A DNA stretch of 63,996 bases, filler included, from Octopus bimaculoides (Eukaryota), in NCBI RefSeq assembly GCF_001194135.2. It is 3 parts of 2 records of this genome, joined end to end, with 100 filler letters (N's around TTAATTAATTAA, not from the genome) between each part and the next. Parts side by side here need not be neighbours in the genome. Positions count along the whole stretch, not along the records: positions 1 to 19,571 come from NC_068996.1; 2 more parts are not named here. One strand, given 5' to 3'. Of this stretch, positions 1 through 13,739 are shown in pieces. The notes under the pieces were generated by a model. That model saw only the letters and a program-made list of their open reading frames with translations, made no database searches and was not told the origin of the DNA. The stretch's first letter is position 1, and the number at the start of each line of letters is the position of its first letter. The translations under genes and the position numbers were made by a program.

Positions 1-97
1 CTGCATTCCAATAAAAATGTGTTCACCCATGGTGATAAATAATATATACACCTAGATTTTTATTGTGTTTTTTTTTTTTAATTCTAAGTAGATTGGT

Positions 98-102
<5 letters not shown>

Positions 103-132
<30 letters not shown>

Positions 133-572
133 GCTATACAAATTACCCAATTCCTGATATTGATGATGATTATGTATGGGTGGGGGCATACATTTTCATA
201 ATTACTGTATGACACTATCATTATTGTAACAACTACTATTACTACTACTACAAAGGTTTTGGTATTGATAAACTCTGGATTTACAATTGGTTGTTTGCTT
301 GTTTGTTTTTTCTTTTTGTCTTTATGGGGTGGGAGTGTTCTCTGACACAAGTTAGGGTGTTAGAAAAATGATAAATTATATTTAATATTTTAATGAAGGG
401 TGTAGATGATAAATGGTTAAAAAATGAGAGCGAAAGAGAAAAAAAGATTTTGATATGTAGTAAGATGTGTATATATGTATGTGTATATATGTGTGTTTCT
501 TCATGTTTGTGTGTGTGTATATGTATATATATATATATCCCCAAATATATGTACATATATATCCATGTGTGT

Positions 573-604
<32 letters not shown>

Positions 605-614
605 NNNNNNNNNN

Positions 615-647
<33 letters not shown>

Positions 648-813
648 CACACATACACAAGTATATATCAATACATATATATAATATAAATAAATGTGTA
701 TACACATATACAAGTACATGCACATTTGTGTATGTATGTGTATATATGTGTGTATATATACATTTGCATACACACATAATTATATTATGTAAACACATGT
801 AAACTTATACATA

Positions 814-838
<25 letters not shown>
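103..838. repeat. (TA)n/(TG)n/(CA)n microsatellite field
   Basis: Direct reading; source of the spurious YI/CV ORFs. Confidence 0.9.
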
Positions 839-844
<6 letters not shown>

Positions 845-2906
845 TATTTTAGTGTTTAATACACCAGAGAAAAAAAGTTTGTAGATCAATTTCACGACAG
901 ATCAGAAAAATTACCTAGGAGTGTTGGAAAAAACAAACAAACAAACTCCCTCCCCAGCCCCTTTGTGAAAGAAAAGAAAGACAGAAAAAACCCCCAAAAT
1001 GTCATTGAACTAAAATGGATTGGATGGATCAATGAAGCATCACTTGACTCTTAACATATCACGTCTCCCGATAAATACTGAAGTTGTTCCTCTTTATAAA
1101 CACCCGCTTACACACTACACACACATATGCAGAAACCTGCACGAAATGGCTTGTGAATGTTGTGCTGCATGTGTGTATATGTGTGTGTCTGTGTGTGTGT
1201 TTATGTCTATACATTTGTGTGTATGTATATTTGTACGTATATTCACACACATTTGTTTAGACTTTTATAAATTTTTCTTTTTCTTTTTTGAAATTTTATT
1301 TATTCATGCTTGTTTATGGATCCTTACCGATTCCTTTTATTTCTAAAAGGAAGTACAAAAATAAAACAACTACCAAACTAATCAACAGAATTCTGCAGAG
1401 AATTTTTTCCTTCTTTCTTTTTTTAAAAATTTATAATTAATTGAAAGAAAAGAAACAAAATTGGTATTAAAAACCAAATTGTTCTTCTTTGATAGAAATA
1501 GCAGCTTTTGAGTCTTCTAATACATAGATATAGTGGTATCAACATACTTGTGTGTGTTATTTGTACCTGGATATCAAACTAATGAAGGTTTTGGTTTTTT
1601 TTATACATTCCTCTTTATACATTCCTATTCGTTTATTGAATTACACTAAGCAATATTATTATTATAATTATTTGGAAATCTTCTAGCTTGCAATGAGAAA
1701 TTTTATAACAATGCTATAAAATATTATTTTCATTTAAATTGTATTTACATTATTGTGATTATTATTATTATTATTATTATTATAATACTAATAGCATTGA
1801 TATGACTTTTATTTTATTGTTACTGATGTCTAAAATTGCCTGCTATATCAATGGCCATTTCTCTTTCCCTTTTACTTTTATTCCTCCTCCTCCTCCTCCT
1901 CAGTTTAATGATTACTTCAAGGTTTGATCACAAAGTCAGCAGCAACAAAAACAAAAATAAAAAACAACAGCAGCCCTTCTGAAGTCGGTCACTAGCAGAA
2001 TAAATTATTATTATTATTACCATTATTATTATTGTGTGCTTTCATTTCGCAGCCAAGCACAGCTCTGTGTGCCTTGGGGTGATTTTTAATTACTGTTGTC
2101 TGTGTTTTCTATTGTATAATAAAAGTATTCCATGTAATACGAGTACAGTGTCTAAAAGTGTTATTTTCTGAATGTTGTCTATATCTTTTAAGTTTTTGGT
2201 GTTTTGTTTATGTAGTTTGTGTGCCAATGCACCTATTATTACAAATATCCTTATATTTTGCATTTAGCTCTGTTTAAAATATTAATCTGATGCATTTATA
2301 GTATTCTTTCCTGATTTTATCTTTGGATTGTGCGTGTTTTGCTCTGTCCGGTTAATTAATTTATATGTCTGTCTTTAGTCTAATTCTTTTATCTCTGTTT
2401 CTCTGTCCAACATGCTATTCAGTGTATGTATTAATTTTAATACAGTTACTGAATCCGTGTACATTCTGTTGGTGTGTTTTTAATTTTTTGTCATCTATGT
2501 ACACAGAACGTTACTGATTTATACCCCCATAACATTTGTATCCATGTCAGATTTAGTTTGTTGCAAAATTATTACCCATTTACTTATGATTTACTTGGCA
2601 TATGTTTGCTATAAGTGCTACCTTATTCATAGCTATCGCTTCTAGATTCTATTTGTGGAGAACACTGCCAAAAGTTGTGTCATAGTCTATCAATGCTAAT
2701 GTCAGACTCTTCTTTCTCCCACTGCAGGCTTATTGTTTGATAGAGCTTTTTACAACCATATGAGTTCTTGGAAGCATCCTATCTATTATTTGTCTTCTTT
2801 TTTTTTTCCATGCAAGCATTTACCTTTAATGATGATATTGTAAAAACTGTGTATACAATAGTCAGGCAAAATATGGAACTTAAATTTGTTTCCTTAGTCT
2901 TGGAGA

Positions 2907-3125
2907 TTAACCCTCTTGTATTCAGATAGCTCTATCAAATACAATACTTATTCACATTATTTTGAATTAATTATGCATTATCTTATAGCTTTAAGATTTT
3001 GATGATATGATTGTTTAATTTTAGAATGGCATTGTAGGGTAGGTGAGAGAGGCCAGATCTGGTCAATTTCAACATAAAACATGTACAATATATTTCAGCC
3101 GCATATGGTTGGTTTAAATGCCAAG
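2907..3125. mobile_element. piggyBac-like MITE (about 220 bp)
   Basis: TTAA|CCCT end; reverse-complement homology to 16608-16832. Confidence 0.55.
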
Positions 3126-3493
3126 TCAAGATGGTTATCCTTTTTTTTTTTTTTTTTTCTTTCAGTAGATCATTATATATTACTGTTACAACTTTGCTAT
3201 ATAGCTATGTAGTTACTTCTTTAACCACAAGATGGAAATGTTATCGCTTCCTACTAACTTCCTGTTATATTATGCTTTGTAGAATTTGAGCTACTTCTCG
3301 GTTTTTTTATTTATACCTGTAATTGTTTAAGCGTTACCCTCGTTTTGTGTTGATTGTTTTCACTGTTCATATACCTTAACCCTCTTCAATATATATATTT
3401 TCTTTTTCTATTCATCTTGCTGTTGGCACTGCATTAATTTATCTTTTCATTTTACCTGATTCCCAACTATCTTTTACTTTGTCTGTATGCTCA

Positions 3494-3546
3494 TTATTAT
3501 TATTATTATTATTGCAATTACTACTACTACTACTACTACTACTACC

Positions 3547-3589
<43 letters not shown>

Positions 3590-3590
3590 T
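3494..3590. repeat. (TTA)n/(CTA)n microsatellite
   Basis: Direct reading. Confidence 0.9.
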
Positions 3591-4213
3591 ATCCTATCCT
3601 ATCTTAAAGATAGAATTTACTATCTTGTATAAGTTTTGAGCTCTGAAGAAAGCATTGGTACATTATATTGGAATACAATAACAATTTTCTAAAAAAAGCA
3701 AAAAAAAAAAAAATTAATAAATAACAAAAGACACCCATTTTTAACCATATCAATTCTTGAATTCTGCTGGTAAGTTGTTTGAAAGCCATATCTTGCTGTT
3801 CTTTGTCTTTGCTTTCACTCCTTTGTGGTTTTCATGATAAAAGATCCCACCCAGTACTGAACCAAATAGTCAACAGTACCTTACCTGTATTCTGTGAGCA
3901 CAAATTATAATGGAAAATTATGCAAGAACAAGTCAATTTACGACAACGTCCCACTCCCTAGATACATTGTGATGTCATTTTTTTTTTTGTTTTTTAATTA
4001 AATTTTGTTTTACATTTTTTCCCCTTTTTTAAATCCTTTTTTTAGTGGAATAAAAATAATTACCCAACAGAAATAGCTGAAAAGATCCTCATGTTATGTT
4101 TGCACATATTAATAAAAACAATGCTTCATGTTTGTTCTGAGTTACTTATTTTTTTCAAAAACAAAGAAAAACTACACTTTACACTGTGTGTGGATGTGAC
4201 CCTCTTGTAAAGA

Positions 4214-4495
4214 CGTGTGGTTTTGTGGTGAAGGTATTCGGCTCATGATTGTAAGGTTGTGAGTTCAAGTCCCAATGGTACATTGTGTCTTTGAGCAAGA
4301 TACCTTATTTTACGTTGCTCCAGTCCACTCAGCTGGTAAACATGTGTTGTACCTGTATTTCAAAGGGCCAGTTTTGTCACATTTTGTTTCATGCTGAGTC
4401 TCCTCGAGAACTACATTAAGGGTACGCGTGTCTGTGGAGTGCTCAACCATTTGCACGTTAATCTCATGAGCAGGTTGTTCTGTTGATCAGATCAG
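4214..4495 (+). mobile_element. Older family C SINE copy
   Basis: tRNA-like head; same 3-prime body (aagggtac.cgtgtctgtggagtgctca...gttgatc) as 36014-36397. Confidence 0.8.
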
Positions 4496-4857
4496 ACAGC
4501 ATGCCAGCTCTTTTGGATGCGATCCTCTAAGTATGTGGGTGTAGCAGTTGAGTATGTGGGGAGGCTGTTATTTGTTAATCCTGTGTGTTTGTACTGTGAA
4601 GTTATATAGTTTTGATATATGGTGTAGTGTTGTAATGTGTGATTATGAAAAAATGTGGTGTTTTGGTGTACTGTTGTGAGACAATATGCAATGGTTAAGT
4701 GTTGCAGTGAGGACACGGTGTTGTGATATAATATGTGATAGCAGAGACAATTTCATATAATAATGTTGTATGACCTGTGTTGTGAGTATATGTGAAGTGA
4801 TTTAGTGTGTTTCTGATGATGTTGCTTGGGCACAGATCACCTCTAAACAAATATCTA

Positions 4858-6093
4858 CGAGGGGGTGTTCATTAAAGATTTCCTCTCTCCCACCTCCCAA
4901 GGACTGGGATAAACGAAACTTGGCATTGTTATTAGTACTTCTCTACATAACCACCACCAATGGTGACACACTTCTCTCATTGCTTTATGCAGCTGTGGTG
5001 ACCTCATCTGTAGAAATCGGTAGTTTGCGTCTGGAGCCAAGACTTTACCACAGAAAATGAGTTCATCATCATTCGAAGAGTGCTTCCCCTTCAAAAAAGA
5101 TTTCATGGTTGGAAAGAGATGAAGGTAGGTGGTGTGAGATCGGGAGAGTAAGGGGGATGAGGAAGGATTTCAAAGCTGCAGGAGTGTACTTTCATCTGGC
5201 CAACATGCACATTGTGAACTGGGGCATTGTCTTGGAGGAGGTGGACTTCTCTGCTTTGATGGCATCCTGCAATTTCTACTACAGAGAGGCATAATATGCC
5301 CCATTAATTCTGGTTGCCTTTGTCAGAAAATCCATCATCACTACTCTGCGTTTGTCCATAAAAACTCTGAGCATCACCTTGCCTACTGAGCCTTCTTTGG
5401 AGGTGGTGTTATCATGCTTCCATTGCTTCAACTGGACTTTAGTCTTAGGATCATAGTAATGGACCCATGTTTCATCCTGTATGATGAAGTCTGCCAAGAA
5501 AGTCCCCGTTTTCTTGGCACATTGCTAAAAGAGCCCAGGAGCAACTGACTCATTTCTGCTTCTGAAAAAAGTGAGCATCTGGGGAATCCATCATGCAGAC
5601 AACTTCCGCATGTGTAAATGGTTATGAATGATTTTTTCCATGGACCCTACACTTATCTTCTTGGGCTAGTTGTCAAATAGTTATGCGGTGATCCTCCAAA
5701 ATGGCAGCTTCCACTTCATGGATGTGTCATCATCAATGGCGGAATGTGGTCGTCCAGGAGTAGCAGTTTCCACTGATGTCTGACCAGATTTGAACTGGCA
5801 ATGCCAGTGCTTGACTACATTTTATGATGGTGCATCATCACCATAAACATTTTTCATCTCATTGAAAGTCTCTTTTGGTGTACAACCGTTCAAGTATAAG
5901 AACCTCATCACTGATCTGCATTTAACTGCCTCCATTATAATACCTTAGTCAATTTCAACAGCCTTAATAGACAAACGATTACTAGTGGAAAGCGGCAATT
6001 TACAATGTGACATATATGATCCTACCTGTAAAAGTTCCGTTTCCTGCAATAACTGGAAGTGGGTCAGGGCAAATCTTTAATGAATGCCCCTCG
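4858..6093 (-). mobile_element. Full-length decayed mariner (Tc1/mariner) transposon
   Basis: TA-flanked TIRs (ta|cgagggggtgttcattaaagattt and aaatctttaatgaatgcccctcg|ta); transposase motifs WIPQMLT, DETWVHYYDP and HPPYSPDL, broken by stops and frameshifts. Confidence 0.92.
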
Positions 6094-6759
6094 TATGTTT
6101 AGAGGTGTTTGAATCATGACTATCACCTCATGTTCTTTGGCATAGTTTATCGGGGACTGTATTATAGATTTTTTTTTTTTAGAGAATAGAATGTAATTTG
6201 AGAGATTAAGTTGCTATTTCTAACTCTTCAAATTACTTTGTTGGACATAGTATATTGTGATTTAGTGTAACAACAAGAACATGTACTGCTCCAGTCAACC
6301 TTGACCCAAGTTGTTGGTTCAATGACTAGATGCAATAAACAGCTCTACTCCTCAAAATGTATCATTTTCATGCCAAGTGGAAGCCCTCACCACACACTCT
6401 GACATGCAGTGTATCATTGTATGAAGTACAGTTTGGATATATTTCATTTGAATAGCAGTGTTTTGGAAGTTTCTTAAGAGGTGGGGGTAACCTTGCAGAG
6501 CTCTGTTAATGAAATTAGGGAGCATTGAGTGTATTGTGGTTACTGTATTCTTCAGAAATATTGCAACTTTAGTAACTTCATAATAGTGTGTGTGTATGAT
6601 ATTCGATCAGACTACTGAAGATGGAATCAAAAGTTTTGTTCATAGAATGGTGATGTGTAGAAAAAATATTGAAATTCTCATGTTGTTGTTGGATTCCAGG
6701 TAAACCTGACTGAACAAGAGCACTCCCTTTGTGTAATCTAGATTAGCCAATGTACTTTT

Positions 6760-7600
6760 TATTTTGAAGACAGTAGACAGAGGTTTCACTGCTTTTTCTA
6801 GCAGTGGAAACAATGAGGTAGAGAGGCTCCCTCCTTGGCTCGGAAAACAGTCATGTGTCCAGGGTAAGTGTGATTGATGTATGTCAGGTTGTTTAGCAAC
6901 ATGTCATGTGATGTAGAATAGCACTTAGGGTATATCATGAGTGAGGTAGAATATGGGGTGGAGGAGAGTTGCTGTGTGGGTGATATATGAGGTGAGAGGC
7001 ATGTGAGGTGATGTAGAGGAGCAGACTTCTTCAGATGTCTAGAAATATGAGGACTTGAATGAAACTCAGTTGCTACTTCTATCAGGTTGAGCAACTACGT
7101 AATGGTTCTTTTGTTGGCTGCAGTATCATCTCAAAAAGTGGGGATGATATGGAATCTTTTCAAAAATCTTCCAACCACTTAGAATTTTCTGCATTGATGT
7201 AGTTTTGCATGCTGATGACGAAATTTGCATTCACTCTTTCTATGAATTAGTAATAAAGAAGTTAGAAGCATTTAAAGTTAGGTAATTTTAACCAATAAGA
7301 AACTTCCATTGTCAATGTAGAAGTCATAACTGTAGTCATCGGAACTACATTTTATCATTGTTTGCATCAAAATACAAGACATATTTTTCTGGTGCCCATG
7401 CATCATATATGATATACATTACCAATTTTGTTTCAACCACCAGAGTAAATTGGGACTTGTGAAAGGAAAGCTTTATATTATTAAGAACGTTTGAAATAGG
7501 GGCTAGCTAAAAGTCTGATAGAAAAAAAGAGTTTGGATGATTAGGACAAATTTGTGAAGATACAGGTTAAGTGTTAAACAGATTGGACGGTCAGAGTTAA
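6760..7600 (-). mobile_element. Degenerate CR1/L2-type LINE, 3-prime part
   Basis: Decayed RT-like and C-terminal motifs (SLPHCF resembling WNSLP..VFP); many stops. Confidence 0.45.
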
Positions 7601-8049
7601 AACGTATTTGAACATAATACTGCTCAATCAGGGTGGACAGAAACTTCTTAAACATCAATCATGGAATATCCATGTATACTCATAAAAAAATATTTCCCCT
7701 CTCTTTATATCTGTAATTGTGTATATATACAGATTATTAATACTAAAATGTACAAATATATATTTGTATCAGTGGAAAAATAATGCAGAGCAAATAAAGA
7801 TTTATATAATCACATGTATTTGAACCTACAGTAAGTTTTGCAACAAGATTTTTTTCCAGTAGATATTAAGTGTGCAATTCAGTTCACTGTCATGCAAATT
7901 ACCCAATCTTCAGACACACACATACACGATATTTGTACACAGCTAAATTAAATTAACATAATAGTTTATTTCTTTATAAATTCTAACCCTGTCTTTGAGT
8001 ACTTACTGTTATCTTAAATTTATTTATTGAGTGAATGAGTACTATTAGA

Positions 8050-8700
8050 TGAATAAAGAATACAAAGGAAGATTAAATGCAACAAATCAAAAAAATTACG
8101 TAGGTTGGGAACCAAAATGTAAATATTGTTTAGAGACTAGCACAAAACTACCCAGAGGCAGTTTTCCTTGTTTGACAAGGAGTGTTTATGTTGCAAATAA
8201 CGAATACTAAAAGTCTACTGCAGACTGTCCAGCAACATCTTGTACTTATATATAACCAGTACATGGGATTAACAAATCCAGGAAGATATCTATAAACTAC
8301 TCAATATTAAAATGAATTTGGTTAATTACATCAAACAATCAGATACTAATAAATTCAAGCAGAATTAACATCCAAGGTAATTCTTTATGTATGACAAGTA
8401 AATCTAAATATAATTTAGCAGAATGTTAAGCGATTTAGAGTATAAGATAACAAGAATAAGAATGGAGAAAATTACATTTTTAATTGGTAATTAGACCATA
8501 CAATACTGACGATTGTTTCTGGTGTGTCAGTGTATTTAGATACAAGAAAAGGTATAAAGTATCGCTCAAATTAATGTATCTGAAAATATATCCTAATGTT
8601 ATCAAGACAATTCAAAATGGGCTAAATTCAAAGTGAACTAAGAAAATATCTGCGCATACAAAAAGGAATGTTAAGAAGGAATATAATATTTTAAGACAAG
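8050..8700 (+). mobile_element. Possible highly decayed RLE-type LINE remnant
   Basis: Only scattered weak motifs (CRL, ELRKYLRIQKG). Confidence 0.2.
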
Positions 8701-8831
8701 CTAGTTTTGTATTCAGTTTTTGGTGATGTCAATGAATAACGAAAGAACAAAAAATAAACTTAGAAATTCTAGTCACAGCAACTAGTTATCTATCTATTAA
8801 ATGTGCTAAAAAAATTCTCTTAGAAAAATTA

Positions 8832-9210
8832 TGCAGCCATAGCTGTGTGGTAAGAAGCTTGGTTCCAGTTTCAGTCCAGCTGTGGGGCAATTTGGTCAAA
8901 TGTCTTCTACTATAGCCTCAGGCCAACCAAAGCCTTGTGAGTGGATTTGGTAGACGGAAACTGAAAGAAGCCCATCATATATATGTGAGTGTGTGTGTGT
9001 GTGTGCACATTTGTCTTTGTTCCCTACTACTGCTTGACAACCAGTGTTGGTGTGTTTATGTCCTCGTAATTTAGTGGATCGGTAACAGAGGCTGATAGAA
9101 TAAGTACCCGGCTTTAAAAAATATATAAGTACTGGGATCGATTCATTGGAATGAAAATTTCTTCAAGCATGTTCACAATCTAATGACAAACCAGTAAAAG
9201 ATAAAAGATA
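8832..9210 (+). mobile_element. tRNA-derived SINE family A (central TA/TG microsatellite)
   Basis: gctgtgtggtaagaagctt head, ccttgtgagtggatttggtagacggaaactgaaagaagccc core, (AAAAGAT)n tail. Confidence 0.85.
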
Positions 9211-10434
9211 TTAGATTATAGGAAAAATAATTATAATTAAGGAGTTATTTACTATTCAAGTAGTTAAATATTTTAAAAATTTTTATGAGAATATTTCAAT
9301 GTAAAATTATTTCTACATTTTAATAATACTAATTTAGAAGTAATTATATAATACATTTCCTCAAGGCAAAGATCACATTTAGAATTACCACTATTGTACG
9401 ATGGTGTGTAATTAATAAAGGACCACTTTAAATCATACTTTATGTTCCTATTTTTTGAATTCCAAACGCATTTACTAAAATCTGTAGAATCATATTTTCT
9501 TCTTCAAATTGTAGCAGGCAAACCTCTGTAATAATACATACAATCCCCTGTTATTACCTTATACTATATTCTTCCTTAAACATGGATTTTCTAAAGGACA
9601 GAATTTTGTTTTTGAAATTACAAATTCACTTGTATGTGGTACTCATGGTCAGGGCTGGATTTATAGAGGGTCAAAGAGGACAGCTGCTTCATGCATCCAC
9701 AGATATAGGGCCCTCCTGCTATGAAGGAAATGTAGTACTCAATATAGGGGAGCTCCACCTCTCAGCAGTCTTGTATACAGAGGCCTTCTTTTCAATAAAC
9801 AGAAATATTGTAGAAAATGTAATGGATCCTCTTTTTTGGTAAATAAATAGTTTTAGCTATATTAGTGACATCAATTCATTTAATTAAAAAACACTTTGCT
9901 ACCCATTCCAAAAGCAGCCACAATTCCCATTGCAATTAATTGTAAGTTCCTTTTGGGACATTGACAGAAAGCAACAAAAGACTCCAAAAAATGTATGTAT
10001 GTATCTGTGAGTGTGTTTGTGTATGTGTGTATTTGTTTGTGTGTGTATGTATGTATTTGTTTGTGTGTGTATGTGTGTGAGAAAGAGAGCATGGATGAAA
10101 GATAGATAAAGAGATTGATAGAAATAAGTCATCTCTAGTTCAAATTTCTTCTTTCAATACATGACTGAGCCCAGTGACCTTAGATTGACCACTGGCCATT
10201 AAAGACACACACACGCATACGCACACACATATATTGCCATTGTAAACTTCATTATTTCAGTGAGGCATTGAAAACTGGTCTTATTTTAGGAAAGAGCAAG
10301 TATCGTATATATGTTCCAAAATTTGAATTTTGAATTTAGGTTTAATTATAAAATTACATCTCTCAACAGCTCAAAGCATATTTTTTTTCAGCTTTAGAAT
10401 TACCACAAAGATCATTGTGGTTATCATCACTGCA

Positions 10435-10655
10435 TACTCTTTACTCTTTTACTTGTTTCAGTCATTTGACTGCGGCCATGCTGGAGCACCGCCTTTAGTC
10501 GAGCAAATCGACCCCAGGACTTACTCTTTGGATGTCCAGTACTTATTCTATCGGTCTCTTTTACCAAACCACTAAGCCACGGGGACCTAAACACACCACC
10601 ATCGGTTGTCAAGCGATGTTGGGGAGGACACAGACACATAAACACACACACACAC

Positions 10656-10706
<51 letters not shown>

Positions 10707-10879
10707 TACATATATACAACGGGCTTCTTTCAGTTTCCATCTACCAAATCCACTCACAAGGCTTTGGTCGACCCGAGGCTATAGTTGAAGACACTTGCCC
10801 AAGGTACTACACAGTGAGACAGAACCCAGAACCATGCGGTTGGTAAGCAAGCTACTTACCACACACCGACTCCTACGCG
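10435..10879 (-). mobile_element. SINE family A
   Basis: Full-length reverse copy with (AAAAGAGT)n tail. Confidence 0.9.
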
Positions 10880-11120
10880 TTTAAAAAATCTTTAAAAAAA
10901 ATTTCTAATGTATCATATAGATGTAATATTTAACGCCAAATCCGAATTTGTTATTCTTTTATTCCAGAAAAATTTTGCATAAATGTTACAGGTGTTCAAA
11001 GTTTGATAATTTTCAGAATTTTCAGCCATTCAGAAAACAGCACGTTCACTGCCTCTTCCATCATCTGTTACAGTAGCAAGAAGGGGTTGGGCACTGGCAT
11101 GTCAAAACATTAAATTAACT

Positions 11121-11340
11121 AAAGTAAACAGTAAAAAACACTAAAAGATTCATGAGCAAATTAAATATTTAAAAGCTATGAGCAAACCGACAGGAGTTGC
11201 TAGAAATAATAGTCAAAACATTAAAATATTCATGAGCAAAGTAAACAGTTAAACAGTGAAAAAACATTCACAAGCAAATTAAATATTTAAAAGTTACAAG
11301 CAAATCAACAGGAGTTGCTAAAAATAACAGTCAAAATATT
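11121..11340. repeat. Two-copy tandem duplication, period 118 bp
   Basis: caggagttgc at 11191 and 11309 with matching flanks. Confidence 0.8.
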
Positions 11341-12685
11341 GCTTAAAGCAGACATTTATTTGTTAAGAAAAACTCAAGAACGAGAGTTTGCAATACACTC
11401 TTGGATTTTATAAAATAAATTATTTTTCTCATATCTCTTTCTCTACATAAATTCACAAAGATAAGAGTCAACCATGGAACAGTGTGTCCCACACCGGTGT
11501 TTATTTCCACGCATTAAAGATGCCCAGGTACTCTTAATTTCTTGATTACACTCAATTCGGTGGTTACACTCCTTGTGTGCATGCACAGCATCTTTGGTTA
11601 CTATGGAAACAGAGGTCCTCGCAATCAGCTACGGAACATGTGGTGATTCTTTGCTTACTGTGTTAACAGAACTTCAAGGTGATGTATGAAGTACTCACTT
11701 CTGATTGGCTAAAATACCCAAATTTTACAAAATTTTAAAGGCTCTTAACTTTTTAATCCATATACCAAATTTGAAAACAATTGGAATAAAATTATAGACA
11801 ATGACAATAACCACAAAGATCCTTTTATGCTCACATATTTTCATTAAGTCGAATCTTTTTCTTTCTTTTTCACTATTTTTGGTCAATTTTGTCAAATACT
11901 TGAAATAATTACAGGGAAGTGGGGCAAAATTGATTACTAGGGCAAAATGAGTTATTACCAATTAATTTCTCGTTATTTTCTCACTACTTATCTGAAAACA
12001 TTACACTGCAAGTAGTGCATCACTGTATTGTACACTTGCATCATCTTTGGGAGTAAACATTGGTCACCTTTATTGTTACTGCAGCAAGAAATTTTCCCTC
12101 AACTTTGACCCAGTTGTAATTGAGGTTGCTAACAATTTCGGATGTCCAACAATCCAAATCCTTTCCCCTGTTGGGTTCCAAATCAATTTTCTCTCACACT
12201 AATGTCTAATTTGATAATTTTCAATTTTCAAACACTGATGTCTAAACTGGGGCAAAATGAGTAATGGCTAATTTCAATAATTTCTTCTCTTTAACTGCAT
12301 GGTGCATAAATGTATCAGGAAGAGAGCCAGGTGGATTTCTGCTTTAAGTACCCCATATACCATTTCATAACTTTTTGTAGTTTTTGGAATTTTCAGAAAA
12401 ATTTTGCAAGTTTGTGTTCTACACATGGGAATTCATACAATTATATATATAAAAAAGAAGTTTTTTGTGTCTGATTTAAGGGCTATGTAGCTGTTACCTT
12501 TAGCACATCTCATGACCACCTAATACCCTTCTTGTTTCTTTGTCACTCTGATGTATTGGTTTTTTTCAATATCTTTCTCCCCATAAACATGTTTAGTGGT
12601 TTAATGTTGGGATTGAAGTCAAAATTTAGGACTGTCAGTAAAATTCAGAAATTAAAAAAGATGTTTTATAGTTGTATGAATTCTT

Positions 12686-13290
12686 ATGTGTTTTGAGATT
12701 GTGAAAAAGAACAAGAAACTTCCTGTAAGAAATGAAAAGTGGAACAACTATTGGGAAGTGACTGCAGATTTACCTGGGTGCCAGGCATTCTTTCCCATCC
12801 CAGTTATGGAAAAACCGGACATTTTAATGTGGTATGAAAGAAGGAAAGTTGTAAATCTAGTCGAGTTAACGGTTCATCATGAAGATAATATGGATGCCGT
12901 GCGGGCTTGAAAGATTGACCGTTATGTAAACCTCCTCGAGAAATGTGAAGATGCAGGCTGGAAAGCGGAGCATTTTCCAATCAAAGTTGGATGTAGAGGG
13001 TTTGTAGGACAGTGTGAGACGACTGCTGTTATCATTAGGCCTAACTCATCGTAAGGTAAATACCACCATGACCGATATCCAAACTACAGTGGAGAAGGCT
13101 AGCCATTGGATTTGGTTAAAAAGAGACAATGAGCGATGGCTACAGAAATATTGAGCTTTAATAACCAGTTGATCTAGCAAGCGGGGCCTCATATCAGTGG
13201 TGGTGGTGGTGGGGGGGACGCATTGATGCCATCGGGAGGTAGGCCCCAAAACGGCGCGCATTCTCTCCTGATGACCCCATACACTTCCTG
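12686..13290 (+). mobile_element. Hero-like (RLE) non-LTR retrotransposon, 3-prime end
   Basis: KPDILMW...LVELTV...ED, KIDRY, FPIKVGCRGFVG and ASHWIWLKR form a PD-(D/E)xK endonuclease C-terminus; followed by a 3-prime UTR. Confidence 0.85.
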
Positions 13291-13739
13291 GCTTCCGATA
13301 TGTGGAGTTCTCGACTGGTAGCACTTGCATGTGCGAGTTGTTTGCAAGACATTTTTATGTTGATTTTTTTTTATATAGTCAAGTTTTTTAAATTTCATAT
13401 TATGCCATTTTCCCATGATTCCTTTTCATTTGACCTAGACATTGATGTGTATGAGTTTTTTCAAATGTAATTCTAGAGAATTGAAGAGGCAAGTTTACTT
13501 TATCTTGTCTTACTCATTCTGACCCATCTAAATTTGTCTTTTATAAGCTCTTTTATAAGTGATCAGAGGTTATTTTTTACTGAAATAGTGTTCTGAATAG
13601 TAATTTTCTGAAACAGTGTTCTGAATATGTTATAGTGTTTTTTAATGCATTTAGAGAAAGTCATTTGTTTAGCTGATGTAGTTTTTGTTAGATAGTGAAC
13701 ATCTATAAAAATATTTTTTCCTCAAAGTTAAAAAAGTGC

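Noticed and set aside
84-1346. Cluster of overlapping YI/CV/HT-rich ORFs
   Set aside because: Translations of (TA)n, (TG)n and (CA)n microsatellites; the same applies near 10.4-10.8, 49-52 and 54-59 kb.
2728-2850. Good + strand acceptor followed by LLFDRAFYNHMSSWKHP
   Set aside because: Short, no donor, no linked exon and no family match.
3600-3960. Splice-like signals on both strands (GTAAGT at 3770; CAG|GTAAGG near 3885 on -)
   Set aside because: No consistent reading frame or recognisable product could be assembled.
11026-11143. + strand frame AIQKTARSLPLPSSVTVARRGW resembling a MIC13 C-terminus
   Set aside because: Similarity is weak and no matching upstream exons (GGAVY, GVW, WN) were found.
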